Below are positions 30,336-40,598 of a stretch of 64,000 nucleotides of DNA, one piece after another. The translations under genes were made by a program, and so were the position numbers. Source of the stretch: an uncultured Pseudomonadota bacterium (lineage in GTDB: Bacteria; Oederibacteriota; Muellerivitia; Muellerivitales; Muellerivitaceae); assembly GCA_963843375.1 (NCBI GenBank), contig CAWJKT010000014.1, positions 1 through 64,000 of the forward strand, given 5' to 3'. The stretch's first letter is position 1, and each line of letters opens with the position of its first letter. The notes under the pieces were generated by a model, which did not search any database, had not been told where the DNA came from, and saw only the letters and a list, made by a program, of their open reading frames with translations.

Positions 30336-31587
30336 TTAAGTCCTTCGGAACATTCGGAAACTCCTGCTGATCAATAACCTAACCAGGGGTTTGATGAACC
30401 ACGGCGTATTTGGTTTTGGAGCTTGGAAAGCGGTCTCAAGGGCAGCGCGGAGATTTTCCGAAAAATTCCGGGGATGCCAGTGGCGGATTATTTCCGTGCT
30501 TTTTTCACCCATTGTTTTTATTTTTTCGAGTGGCAGGGTGGACATCCTAGCCATCAGGCCGGCCAACTCCTCTGGATTTGAAGGATTAAAAATAAAACCA
30601 TTTTCACCAGTTTGAACCAAATCTTCTGAGCATCCGCAAGGGTCAGAAACCAAAACCGGAAGCCCGGAAGCCATAGCTTCGTTCACCACTAAACCCCAGG
30701 GTTCGGACAGGCTTGGAAGAATAAAAGTTTTTGCCAAGCCGTAATAATCAGGCAGTTGGTCATATTGAATAAAACCTGGTAATCGAACGCTATCCATCAG
30801 TCCGTGATTTTGGATTTCCCGTAGGATACTCTCTCTTTCGGGTCCCTCCCCGGTGACGACAAGGGCCCAAGGGTTCGGAACTAATTTGATATATTTGGAA
30901 TAGGCTCGAATTAGCATTGGTAAATTTTTTTGAGGAATAAAACGGCAGGACACAAGGAAATAATCATCGGGCAAATTGAGCTTTTTTCGAATTTCCACAG
31001 TTTTGCTTCTGGCTTGGTTGGACTTTGCAGCAAAATAATCATTATCGACCGCGTCATAGCCGCTGTAAATGGAGTGGGAAGGATAACCGAGTTTGAGGAG
31101 ATAACTTTTTTGGGGAGCTCCCGCCGATAAGGGCGCTGCTGTAGCCGGAGAGCAGAATCGACTTGAGCCATTCCAAGGGTTTTCGTCTCCTGGAATCCTT
31201 TTCGGTGCTGTCACCCATCAATAGAGCGGGAACTCCTTTTTTTAAGCACCAAAGTAAAGCCGACAAACTGATCCGATCATACCAACCAATAATTGCGACT
31301 ACCGAGGGATTAACTTTGTCCAAGGCCTCAAAAGTCCTTTTGAGAAGGACTGCGGCGGGATAACGCGCATAGTCGTAATTTTCGAACAGGGTAATTTTTT
31401 TATAAGGCGATTTTTCTTTAACGAGTTCCATCAGGTAGGTTTCATCCTGACGACAAAATTCAATACAGGTAAAATCAATAACTGTGGCCAGCGATTTTAA
31501 TCTGGCGTCCAGGGAAGGGACGATTCTCTCAAATAATACCGCCAGGTTCACTTTTTTGTTCGTGGGTGGTTTTTTTATTTGAGCCAT
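30336..31587 (-). pseudogene. GT4 glycosyltransferase split by a +1 frameshift at about 31106-31115
   Basis: N-part 31587 and C-part ('RFIPQKN', 'EPWGLVVNEAMASGLP') join as ...IGGSSQKSYLLKLG when one base is removed from CCCCAAAAAA. Confidence 0.87.
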
Positions 31588-31642
31588 TTTTTACCCCGGT
31601 TTAAAACAGCCTGGAAAGGCCAGTTTGGAGGCGATGAATATT

Positions 31643-32542
31643 TCAAGGCCGAAACCAAGTATTCAAAAAGGCCTTGGCAATGGAAATGATTTCGACCGGT
31701 CCCAGAAAGGGTAGTAATTGAAGACGTTTTTTGATTATGGTTCTTGCCTCCGTTAATTTCCGCTCATGAATGGCCTCAACAAGCAAGTTGATATAACGCC
31801 GGCTTCTAAAATAAAGTGCGGGACTCCAACCGAGTTTCTGCCGAATGCGGTCATAATGGCGTAAATAGTTTTCCAGGGCCGTAGTCTTGTATTCAAATGC
31901 GTTTTTGTTCGTAGAAGTTTCGAGATAAATGACAGCAAGAACTTCAGATATGATCGCAAGTTTAAAGTCGAAAAATACTCTCAAGAGAAATTCGTCATCC
32001 TCACTGTCTCGGAATTCAGCCATCAGCCCGGCCTTGGTTAAACAGGTCCGCCTGAATAACACAATCGGAGTCAAAAACCCGACTTTATCCCATACGAATT
32101 GCCGAAGAGTATCTCGTTCCCAAGCCTTTCGGGGTCTATAAAAGGCCGGGTGGTAAGTATCCCCGTTTTTGATGATTTTGGCCCCACAGAAACAGACCCC
32201 CACCTCCGGTGGTTCCTTCTCCATCCTTTCCACCTGCTTGGCTAATTTGTCCGGCAGCCATTCGTCATCACTGTCAAGGAAAGCGATATATTCACCCTGG
32301 GCCACTTTCATTCCAAGGTTACGGGCGGCTCCGGGCCCCTGGTTTTTGGGGCTACTAAGCCATTTTATTCGGGCATCTTTTTTTAAATAAGGTTGGATAA
32401 CTTTTTTCGTGGAATCGGTTGAGGCGTCGTCACAAATGAAGATTTCGATGTCTTCAAATGTTTGACCTTGCGCGCTTCGCAATGCCCGTTCAATCGTGGG
32501 AGCCCGGTTATAGGTTGGGATAATCACTGATACTTTTGGCAT
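31643..32542 (-). CDS. GT2 glycosyltransferase
   Basis: 'VSVIIPTYNR', 'DDASTD', 'AARNLG', 'AFLDSDD'. Confidence 0.93.
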   Translation of the reverse strand: MPKVSVIIPTYNRAPTIERALRSAQGQTFEDIEIFICDDASTDSTKKVIQPYLKKDARIKWLSSPKNQGPGAARNLGMKVAQGEYIAFLDSDDEWLPDKLAKQVERMEKEPPEVGVCFCGAKIIKNGDTYHPAFYRPRKAWERDTLRQFVWDKVGFLTPIVLFRRTCLTKAGLMAEFRDSEDDEFLLRVFFDFKLAIISEVLAVIYLETSTNKNAFEYKTTALENYLRHYDRIRQKLGWSPALYFRSRRYINLLVEAIHERKLTEARTIIKKRLQLLPFLGPVEIISIAKAFLNTWFRP

Positions 32543-32607
32543 TTAAAAGCCTCGACCTAAAATTTTTTAATCGATCAATTCACGTCCCGATGCTATTTCC
32601 CGGGGTT

Positions 32608-34124
32608 TTAATTTTGAAAGAATAAAAGACATTTTTTAGAAACTTTCATAATCACCGACCTTCCTTCAGGCGTGGCTGATCCGGCAGAAAACAGAGTTAT
32701 GCTAGACCATACGGCCAACCATAAAATAATCTGAATTCTCGAATCTCCGTTGATGGGGAAGAAACTCATCAGAAAGGCCGTGGCACCCAATATTAACGCT
32801 ACCGGTAATAGATCATGGAGCATCCAAGTTTTATGAAAGTTCGGCAAGAAATGATGGTGAACCAAGGGTACCCAACCCAAAAGAAAAAGAAGGTTGACCA
32901 TCATCCAAGTGATAGCCGCCCCTTGCATACCATGTTGTAAAGTGGCCCAGATAAGACTAGGGATTAGAATTAAAATAAAAAATAATGTCCCCGTTATGTG
33001 ATAGCGAGATTCCCGCGCGCTACTTGCAGGGCATATTGAATATCCGATAGGGTTAAAAGAGCGTAACCTAGCGCGGAAAATGCCAGTACTGTAGCTGCCG
33101 AGAAGGAGAGCTCCATATCACCCGTCCAAACCCAAAGGATCTTCTGGGGATAAACGGCTAAAATCACTGAGGCCGAACCCGCAAAGACGGAAACCATCCG
33201 CGTCGTTTTCCGATAAAGAGATAAAAAACCCGAATCGTTTTTTTCCGACACAAGGCGGGTTAACCGAGGGAGGACAGCCTGGGTAATCGGCCCCAAAATT
33301 AACAGAATTCCCATAGCGGCTGAGACCGATATGGAATAATAGGCGTATATCGAAAGGGGCAGTAACCTAGTCAAAATCAGTTTGTCGGTTTGAGTCATTA
33401 TGATCCAAATCAGGGATAAAGCAACCGAACTTAAAGCAAAGTTCCAAATTCTATTAATTGACGCTAATGACCAAGGCTGCTTATCTTTTTCCGGCCAGGC
33501 CGGAAGAAATCGATGGCTGATCACCGCTAAAATAATTAATTCAAGGACAGCTATCGCCCCTTGAAACAGGAAAAATATCTTTGGAGAGGCCCCAACGTAT
33601 TTAAAAACTAGCAGAATGCCAATAAAACGAAAGGTTGCAGTCATGATATTGATGATATTCAACCAAACTTGATGTTCAAAACCCGTCAGCAAGCTTCGAA
33701 AAATTTCGGCTGGCCAGCGAAGCACGAAAACGAAACCCATGAGGACAATTGCTGTCCTTATCTCGCCCTGTGGGATGGTCTCAACCTTCAGCCAATGGGT
33801 GGAAATGAATCCCGATAAGACGGATACAACGCTGATTACGACCAAGCTAAGGCCTGAAAATAAAATCAAAATTGCCCTTAAGAGCGAACGGAAATCACCG
33901 GCCTTTACAGTCCCGCTTTGGTAACGGGCCGCTTCGCGACCAAAAGCTGGCGTTAAACCCAAATCCAACAATGCCAGCCAACCGCTTAATACGGCATAAA
34001 AACCAATAAGGCCGTAGGCTTCTTTTCCCAGGTAATGTAAATAGACCGGTACCATGACGATGCCAATGAGGGCCGTATAAGCCTGGCCTACGTAATTCGC
34101 TATGACATTATGCTTGAGGGACAT
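32608..34124 (-). pseudogene. wzx: Wzx flippase split by a 1-nt deletion at about 33006
   Basis: Paralog of 20357 ('EAYGLIG', 'LDLGL', 'TQTDKLIL'); adding one C gives ...ARGNLRYHITGTLFF..., continuing into ORF 32608..32928. Confidence 0.88.
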
Positions 34125-34180
34125 AAAAATCCATTTGGTGTTGGTTCAAAAGCAATAGCAAATCGAAAGAAGAAAAAATT

Positions 34181-35806
34181 CTATTTTGTGCAGAAATAAA
34201 TTTCACCCGTTTCAGGCGTTAATAAGCCCATTCTAACCGCGTCCTCATGCTTAACGAAATCATTCACTTTGGTAATGCTTATTTTAAATCCCACTTCACG
34301 AAGCCTTTCTACGTAATCGGGACCATAAACTCGGACCGAATCTGCCTCACTGTATGCTTTGAGCCGTTCCTCGGGTTTCTGGAGAAGAGGATCTTCGAGA
34401 GTCTTTTCAACAAAAATAGGCGCCAATAAAATGGCCCAGCCGTCATTTTTGAGGACCCGGTAGAATTCCCTTAATGCCTTTTTGTCATCTGCTACTTCTT
34501 GCAACACATAATTACAAAGAATCACATCAAAGGTTTGATCCGGATATTGAATATCCATGACGTCCATTTTGAGTCTTGCAAGGGGATTGAATAAATCGGC
34601 GGTAACGTAACCTGATCCAAATGATTTCGTAAACATTGGCTCAAAACAACTTTCTGGGGCGACGTGTAGTACCTTTTTTGGCTTTCCATCCAAAAGATTC
34701 GTCTTTTGGATGAGGTACAGCCACAAGAGGCGATGGCGACCATGAGAAAAACAAAAAACGCACTCCACATCCTCAAAAGGAACGAAACCGTCGGTATAGG
34801 GTCGAAAACAGCGGGACGTTTTTTCACAGATAGGACAGAACTTTTGGTTTCCGGTATAAAGGACTTGGTTTAACTTGTTTCGGGTCTCCCGGATGAAATT
34901 TTTAATAAAACTTGGCAAAAGTTTTGAAATTAGTCTTTTTGTTTTAAAGGATAGTGTTTTTAAGCCCGTTGAGAAGAGGAGAGATGTTCCAAACGACTCG
35001 AAACCCGAGACCGGACAGGAAGAAATTGGAACCAATTGAATGGCCCGTTTTTCGATCCATGCTCTCACCTCGGGGTCCGTCACCAACGACTGATCGATCA
35101 AACGGTAAGTACGGGCCCAATGGAAATCCCGATGGGAAGGACTGCACATTTTCTCCAGAGTAGGGCCCTCAATGGCGCAGTGGCATTGCCACAAGTGGTG
35201 ACCAGGACCGAGGGAGTCGATCCAGGACTTTAATTTTTTCTTTGCGACTTCCCGGTCAAGCGACACCCCGCTGGACTCGAAAGTCGATACCCAATCCGTC
35301 CGGGGAATATGATGTTTCTTGGCAGAACTCCGATTTCGGGAAGGAATTCTTTTCTGCCTGAGGAAATGGGCGAGAAGGCCCGCCAGTTTTCCCCAGGGAT
35401 CCTTATGCATATGCTCACAGGCATGGGTGATGCTTAAGCCTTCAGCTTCAATGCGGTTCCATTGGGCCTCCAACTCTATCTTGGCCTCACGCAAATCCGC
35501 TTTCCGCCAAGCTTCCTTGACGGTAAAAGGAAAAGTTCCATCCGGTTGTGTCATGGACTTTAGAGGGGTCAAGGGTTTCCAGCGCAGGACATCCCATTCG
35601 GCGGTAAAGGTGACGTGGATTCCCACGGGAATTTTGTGGGTCTTAGCCAATCGAGCGGCGGCCGGAAACGCGGGTGCCGGAGCCATGAGGTTGGTATCGG
35701 TCAGAACACCTTTCGTATAGGCCTGGACAATGCCCTCATTAACCGCATCGCACATTCCAAAATCATCGCTCATGACCGATAAGAAAATTTTAGTATTCGC
35801 CGTCAT
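34181..35806 (-). CDS. YdjC/ChbG-family carbohydrate deacetylase fused to a Zn-knuckle class I methyltransferase
   Basis: 'SDDFG', 'VGIH', 'HMH' followed by 'CPIC..CVFC', 'RHR', 'VLHVAPE'; start MTANT at 35806 has GGGGA upstream (track 35875). Confidence 0.8.
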   Translation of the reverse strand: MTANTKIFLSVMSDDFGMCDAVNEGIVQAYTKGVLTDTNLMAPAPAFPAAARLAKTHKIPVGIHVTFTAEWDVLRWKPLTPLKSMTQPDGTFPFTVKEAWRKADLREAKIELEAQWNRIEAEGLSITHACEHMHKDPWGKLAGLLAHFLRQKRIPSRNRSSAKKHHIPRTDWVSTFESSGVSLDREVAKKKLKSWIDSLGPGHHLWQCHCAIEGPTLEKMCSPSHRDFHWARTYRLIDQSLVTDPEVRAWIEKRAIQLVPISSCPVSGFESFGTSLLFSTGLKTLSFKTKRLISKLLPSFIKNFIRETRNKLNQVLYTGNQKFCPICEKTSRCFRPYTDGFVPFEDVECVFCFSHGRHRLLWLYLIQKTNLLDGKPKKVLHVAPESCFEPMFTKSFGSGYVTADLFNPLARLKMDVMDIQYPDQTFDVILCNYVLQEVADDKKALREFYRVLKNDGWAILLAPIFVEKTLEDPLLQKPEERLKAYSEADSVRVYGPDYVERLREVGFKISITKVNDFVKHEDAVRMGLLTPETGEIYFCTK

Positions 35807-35906
35807 ATCTTTTCCCCGTTTTTCATTTTCCCGGTAGGTGGGACGCCACATCATCTCATCCGCCACCAAATCCACTCCATGAATTTTAATAACATTTATA
35901 GGTGTT

Positions 35907-36941
35907 TTATGCCTTTCGAGAATATGTCTTGTGTGCGGAGGGGCTTTTTATGGCTGGCATGGGTTCTGATTTGGGCCGATAAATAATGTAAGAACCGGTA
36001 ACGAACATTAGTAAAATATGAATAGCTTTTTTAAGTAATGGAATTAAGCCATCCCCTAATTGAATAAGCCGGTTATTTTGAGCAAATCCATAACCCATAC
36101 GGTGCCGATTTAATTCCTCTAAATAGGGAACGAAGATCCAGTTTTTTAGGATTTTATTCAATCTTACACCCCAAGGGCCCAGGCTTAAGTCATAGAGGCC
36201 GGGTCGCAACTCGCGGAAACCGTGAAAATGATAAAAAATAAGTGGCTTTTTATTCACCCTTAAGGTTTCGTTATCAACGGATAAACTACGGTTACCAAGG
36301 TTCCAAGGTCCCAAATTCGCGCCGGGATGGCCAATGATCCGAACTCCCTTGAAGCGGGCAGGCCACGCATCTAGATATTTTTGGTCAGCGTAGCGTGACC
36401 CATCAATGTAGGTATGGCACCATTCGATGCACTGCTCTTTCCACCGTTTCAGGCAAGCCAAGCCATTTTTGTCTTTGCGGAAAGTGACCCAACCAACATT
36501 GTAAATTCCATTCTTTTTTCGATATTGGAATCGCGGGGCGAAATCATGAGAGATGATACCGACAGAAGCTTTTGATATTTCTTTAAAGACTGGCGCGGGA
36601 TCCGAGAAAAAATAAAGGTCCGCGTCCAGATAAGTCAGGAGATTAATTTTTTTGTTAAATTTAAGTACCAAGTCCATGAATGCGGGGCCGCAGGTAAAAT
36701 AATACTCCACCTTTGTCCGGTCTGGTCGCACCGATATCAACCTCGGTTCAAATTTTTCCACTTGTTGAGGAGTGATGACGACGACGTTATCCAATTTAGA
36801 GTTTTTCAATGCGGCGACCGTTTCTTCATCCCAACAAAGCGTGTAAAGTCGGAAGGGGCCTGCGTGTGTCTTGAGAGAAGCATACAAGGACAAGGCCCGG
36901 GCCAAATAGTTCCGATCGAAATAGGTACAGAAATATCTCAA
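35907..36941 (-). CDS. Putative GT-A glycosyltransferase
   Basis: 'FCTYFDRNYL', 'YLDADLYFF' (DxD), 'YNVG', 'DQKYLDAWP', 'FYHFHG'. Confidence 0.8.
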   Translation of the reverse strand: MRYFCTYFDRNYLARALSLYASLKTHAGPFRLYTLCWDEETVAALKNSKLDNVVVITPQQVEKFEPRLISVRPDRTKVEYYFTCGPAFMDLVLKFNKKINLLTYLDADLYFFSDPAPVFKEISKASVGIISHDFAPRFQYRKKNGIYNVGWVTFRKDKNGLACLKRWKEQCIEWCHTYIDGSRYADQKYLDAWPARFKGVRIIGHPGANLGPWNLGNRSLSVDNETLRVNKKPLIFYHFHGFRELRPGLYDLSLGPWGVRLNKILKNWIFVPYLEELNRHRMGYGFAQNNRLIQLGDGLIPLLKKAIHILLMFVTGSYIIYRPKSEPMPAIKSPSAHKTYSRKA

Positions 36942-37195
36942 AAATACTCTCCCGTGGATATAGTTCGCGCAGATTGTCGAAAGGTTTCTAAAACCGTTTA
37001 GGGTCTATTTTAAGGTCCTTTATCTCAATTTAGGATAAATCTGCAAAGTCATAATATCTCGACATATAGCTATTGACCAAGTATTGTTCCTGCATCCTGG
37101 ATGTCTGGCGTGAACATTAAAACAGGTTGATCCTTCAAGCCTGGAATGACGATTTAGAGTTGATCTTGCGACCCAGTCCTGGGTTGACGCTTTGT

Positions 37196-37224
37196 TTGTC
37201 AGCTACAGCTAACTTGGTTAAACT
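37196..37224 (+). promoter_or_regulatory. Putative sigma70 promoter
   Basis: TTGTCA-17 nt-TAAACT in the divergent gap; SD AAGGA before ATG 37278. Confidence 0.45.
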
Positions 37225-37277
37225 GTGATGGACCTCAAGGGGTGTCCTAGGCAGCGGTCAAATCAAAGGATTAAAAA

Positions 37278-38171
37278 ATGAGAAATTTTTCGACTCCTAG
37301 CTATGAATCCATTGTGAATGAAATCGCTAAAATCACCAAAATTCCATTGGCGGATATAAGGAGATTTGTTTGGAATGAGGCTATAAATAATGGCTGGAAC
37401 GTTTGTCGTGAAGCCCTGAAGTATAAAATTCATCCGCATGTTTACGATGAAAGAATGGAAAATTTTTATAAAAAAACAAACGGGTTTATTTTTGAGCTCA
37501 TAATTGAGTCTTGCAGGCCTGAAAAAAAAATTATGATTGCGAGGGTAGGTGAAAGGGTGGGGTTGTATCTAAAAGCAGTCAAATCCACGATTGTAAATGT
37601 TTTGATGATCGGTGACGGTTTGGGTACCGATTCCATTCATTTAAAAGAACAATTTAAAAATCGCGTCCGTCTTTGGTATTTTGACGTACCGGGAAGTAAA
37701 ACATATAACTTTGCGGTGAAAAGGTTCAAAAATAAAAAAATTGATATTGATTTTATTTCAAGCATTAGTGAAATAAAAAATAATTTTTTTGACGCTGTCG
37801 TTTGTTTGGAAGTTTTGGAGCACCTTCCGAATCCTAAAAAAACGATTGAACTCATGTCGAAATCTTTGAAGAAGAATGGTATTGCGCTAGTGTCGGAATG
37901 TTTTGGGGACGTACCGGAGAATTTACCGACTCATCTTTTAATGAATGAAAAGCATGCCGACAAGACCCCTTTCCTTTTCCTTAGAGAAAACTTGATGCTT
38001 AATTATTTACCGGCAGAAAATCCATATAAAAAACCCATGGAGTTTGTAAAAAAGGAAAATATTACTTTAAAAGACAAAATCAATTTGCTCTTTAGACTGT
38101 TTAGAAAAGATATAATCTTACCTTTTTTGAATAAGAGGATAAAGATTCTGTTGAGGTATAGTGCCAAATAG
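37278..38171 (+). CDS. Class I SAM-dependent methyltransferase
   Basis: 'VLMIGDGLG', 'FDAVVCLEVLEHLPNP', 'LKKNG'. Confidence 0.85.
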   Translation: MRNFSTPSYESIVNEIAKITKIPLADIRRFVWNEAINNGWNVCREALKYKIHPHVYDERMENFYKKTNGFIFELIIESCRPEKKIMIARVGERVGLYLKAVKSTIVNVLMIGDGLGTDSIHLKEQFKNRVRLWYFDVPGSKTYNFAVKRFKNKKIDIDFISSISEIKNNFFDAVVCLEVLEHLPNPKKTIELMSKSLKKNGIALVSECFGDVPENLPTHLLMNEKHADKTPFLFLRENLMLNYLPAENPYKKPMEFVKKENITLKDKINLLFRLFRKDIILPFLNKRIKILLRYSAK

Positions 38172-38234
38172 ATAGACTAGTCATGGCCTGAAATTAAATT
38201 TAATAAATATCAAGAGAAGACCTTTTGCCGTTCG

Positions 38235-39059
38235 TTACTTTTTTAAAAAAAGAAAAGAACGAAATTGGCTTGGTTTGGGAGCCTTGTGGATATAGGGGCC
38301 ATCTCCCAAGCAATATTCACGAATCAGTTCAAGTCCTTGGGATTTGGCTTCGTTTAAAAATATTTGCCGGTTCAAAATCCAACAACGATACTCTGCAGAA
38401 TAACCATACTTGGTTGGACGCTGTAGAGCCACAAAACCGGAGCCTTCTTGGACCATTAACTGTCGGGAAACCATTAGATAGGGAGAAGCGCTAGTGGCCA
38501 ATTGGCCCAATAAGTCGATCCAGTTGTCCTCGTACCAAAGACAACTTCCCGCGAAAACGAGATCATATTTTTTTGATAAGGCTTTTTCTTTATAGGGCAA
38601 ATAAATGCCATTTGGATTCAATTTTTGTCCCTCCGCACAGAAGGCTGGTAAATCGTAACAGGTGTAATCTTGGGCCGATTTAGGAAAAAGGGCTTTGGCG
38701 TAAAGATAATATTGGCCCAAGCCGCCCCCATAATCCAGCCAGGTTACTCGTGACTCGCTTGCGGAGGCCAAAGCTAAGGCGTGTCCGAAGCAAAGGATTT
38801 GGTGTTGAAAAAAGACATCTTCTCCCCAGTTACTTTGAGGCGCTTCGTGATTGATGGACAAAGCATCTGGATTTGATTCAAGGGCTTTTTTCAGGGCGGG
38901 CCATTTTCTCTTCTGTGTACTCACGACGCTTTCGTGGGACCAAGCCGCTTCCTGAGAACCAAGGGATGTAATCTGTGGCAAAGCCAACCATTCTGCTTGG
39001 CCAAATGTGGCCTTTAAAAACCCATGGATTGTTCGCAGGAACCTGACTTTCTCGTTCAT
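38235..39059 (-). CDS. Putative SAM-dependent methyltransferase (TIGR04325-like)
   Basis: 'WLDYGGGLGQYY', 'YDL', 'YDLVFAGSCL'. Confidence 0.75.
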   Translation of the reverse strand: MNEKVRFLRTIHGFLKATFGQAEWLALPQITSLGSQEAAWSHESVVSTQKRKWPALKKALESNPDALSINHEAPQSNWGEDVFFQHQILCFGHALALASASESRVTWLDYGGGLGQYYLYAKALFPKSAQDYTCYDLPAFCAEGQKLNPNGIYLPYKEKALSKKYDLVFAGSCLWYEDNWIDLLGQLATSASPYLMVSRQLMVQEGSGFVALQRPTKYGYSAEYRCWILNRQIFLNEAKSQGLELIREYCLGDGPYIHKAPKPSQFRSFLFLKK

Positions 39060-39275
39060 GGATGTCTCGGGCCTTTGTTCATTCTGTTCTTGAGAATTTT
39101 AGACACAAATTCTAATTAATGTTTTTCAAAATATGTCAGTTCGGATTTTAATAAATTAGCAAATGAGAGGCCAGGTTTTAACTGGTTATTATTTGCAACG
39201 TGATTATTATATTTTAATTATGGTAAAAATATTAATTAGAATACCAACATTTAGAGGCTATCTATAAGAATTCAG

Positions 39276-40598
39276 ATGAAAATGGAAAAGATAGGCATGA
39301 AAATGAATCGCAAGTGGAAATGGCTGACCCTCATTTACTTTTTTGCCTTGCTCGTCCGGCTGGCGGTGGTTTTTTTAACTGATTTTCAAATGCAGGACGG
39401 AGGTTACCTCGACATCGCGCAAAACCTGATAAATCACGGAATGTTTTTTGAAGTTATCCACGCTCAGGGTTTAGGTCGAGCTTGGAATGGCACTTGCTAT
39501 GCTTGTGCACCGCCTATTTATCCTTTTTTCTTGGCTTTGTTTTCTAACCATTTATTTCTACTATCTGTTTGGCAATCTCTTGTTTATTCATGTTTGCCGC
39601 TTGTAGTTTTTTTCATATCATCAACTCTTTTTAAGCATAAAGAGATAGCTTTAATTTCAGCATTGCTTTGTTGTATCTATCCGTTTTTTGTGTATTCCTC
39701 AAACCAACTAATCGGATTACTCATATTGGCAAATTTAATTTACGTTAAAGAAAAAAATACAAAGTATGTTTTTATAGTTGGAATCATTGACGCTATAGGA
39801 TTGCTGACTCGAGAGAATTTCCTGCCAATCCTTTTTGTTTTTCCGATTTTGCAATTAGCAGTTTTTGAGAATGGGACTCCAAAGTTGATATTTAAAAAAT
39901 ATTTGATTTTGTTTTCGGTTACCTTTTTATTCATTTCTCCTTGGTTGATGCGCAATTACATGGTCTTGAAAGAGCCCGTTATTACTTCTTACTATGGAAG
40001 TTATACTTTGTGGTTGGGAAATAACGAATTAACTCATCAATATTTATCTAAGGGAATTGCGGCCCACATTGAAGATTATATTTATTTGGAAAAAATTGAT
40101 GATAAGGATTTAACATCTTTTGAAAAAATGAATGAACTCGAAAAAGGGAAGTGGCTCACGGAGAAAGCGGTTGATTTCATAAAAAATAATCCCGCTGAAT
40201 TTTTAGAAAATGCTTTGTTGAAATTTGTTGGACTGTGGACGTGGAAAAAAGAGCCGAATCCGTTGGATAGCTCTGCGGAAAACAAATGGAAGCCTTTTTT
40301 GTACAAGGTTGTCACTGTTCCGCTGTTTTTTTTGAGCGGCTTAGGATTTTTGATTCTTTGTAGGCGGGAAAAAAGATTGGCGATATTATTTCTTGCGCTT
40401 TTCTTAGCTTATAGTATTCCTTTTATGGTTTACATTAGTGCCATAAGAATGAGGATGCCGTTTGATATTTTGCTTATCATTTTGTCGTCATTTTTTATAA
40501 TTTGGATGCGGGATTTAGCCGCTTCCTTTTTTCGATTAAAGATAATGTTTTTAATGGGAACTGATAATAGTTCGTCCCCGAAAGATAATTTTTTTTAA
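39276..40598 (+). CDS. GT-C fold glycosyltransferase (ArnT/PMT-like)
   Basis: 'DGGYLDIAQNL', 'PPIYPFFLA', 'LTR', 'PWLMRNY', 'LWLGNN', 'RMRMP'. Confidence 0.8.
   Translation: MKMEKIGMKMNRKWKWLTLIYFFALLVRLAVVFLTDFQMQDGGYLDIAQNLINHGMFFEVIHAQGLGRAWNGTCYACAPPIYPFFLALFSNHLFLLSVWQSLVYSCLPLVVFFISSTLFKHKEIALISALLCCIYPFFVYSSNQLIGLLILANLIYVKEKNTKYVFIVGIIDAIGLLTRENFLPILFVFPILQLAVFENGTPKLIFKKYLILFSVTFLFISPWLMRNYMVLKEPVITSYYGSYTLWLGNNELTHQYLSKGIAAHIEDYIYLEKIDDKDLTSFEKMNELEKGKWLTEKAVDFIKNNPAEFLENALLKFVGLWTWKKEPNPLDSSAENKWKPFLYKVVTVPLFFLSGLGFLILCRREKRLAILFLALFLAYSIPFMVYISAIRMRMPFDILLIILSSFFIIWMRDLAASFFRLKIMFLMGTDNSSSPKDNFF

Noticed and set aside
31104..31115. A AAA AAG slippery heptamer at the GT4 frameshift (minus strand)
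   Set aside because: This motif drives -1 shifting, but the gene needs +1 to be restored
30336..36941. Invertible-segment explanation for the minus-strand module
   Set aside because: No recombinase gene and no inverted repeats recognised at its borders by eye
37129..37150. REP-like fragments (GGAATGAC here; TCATCCCGCGAA near 54441)
   Set aside because: Isolated short half-motifs with no palindromic partner or repeated copies
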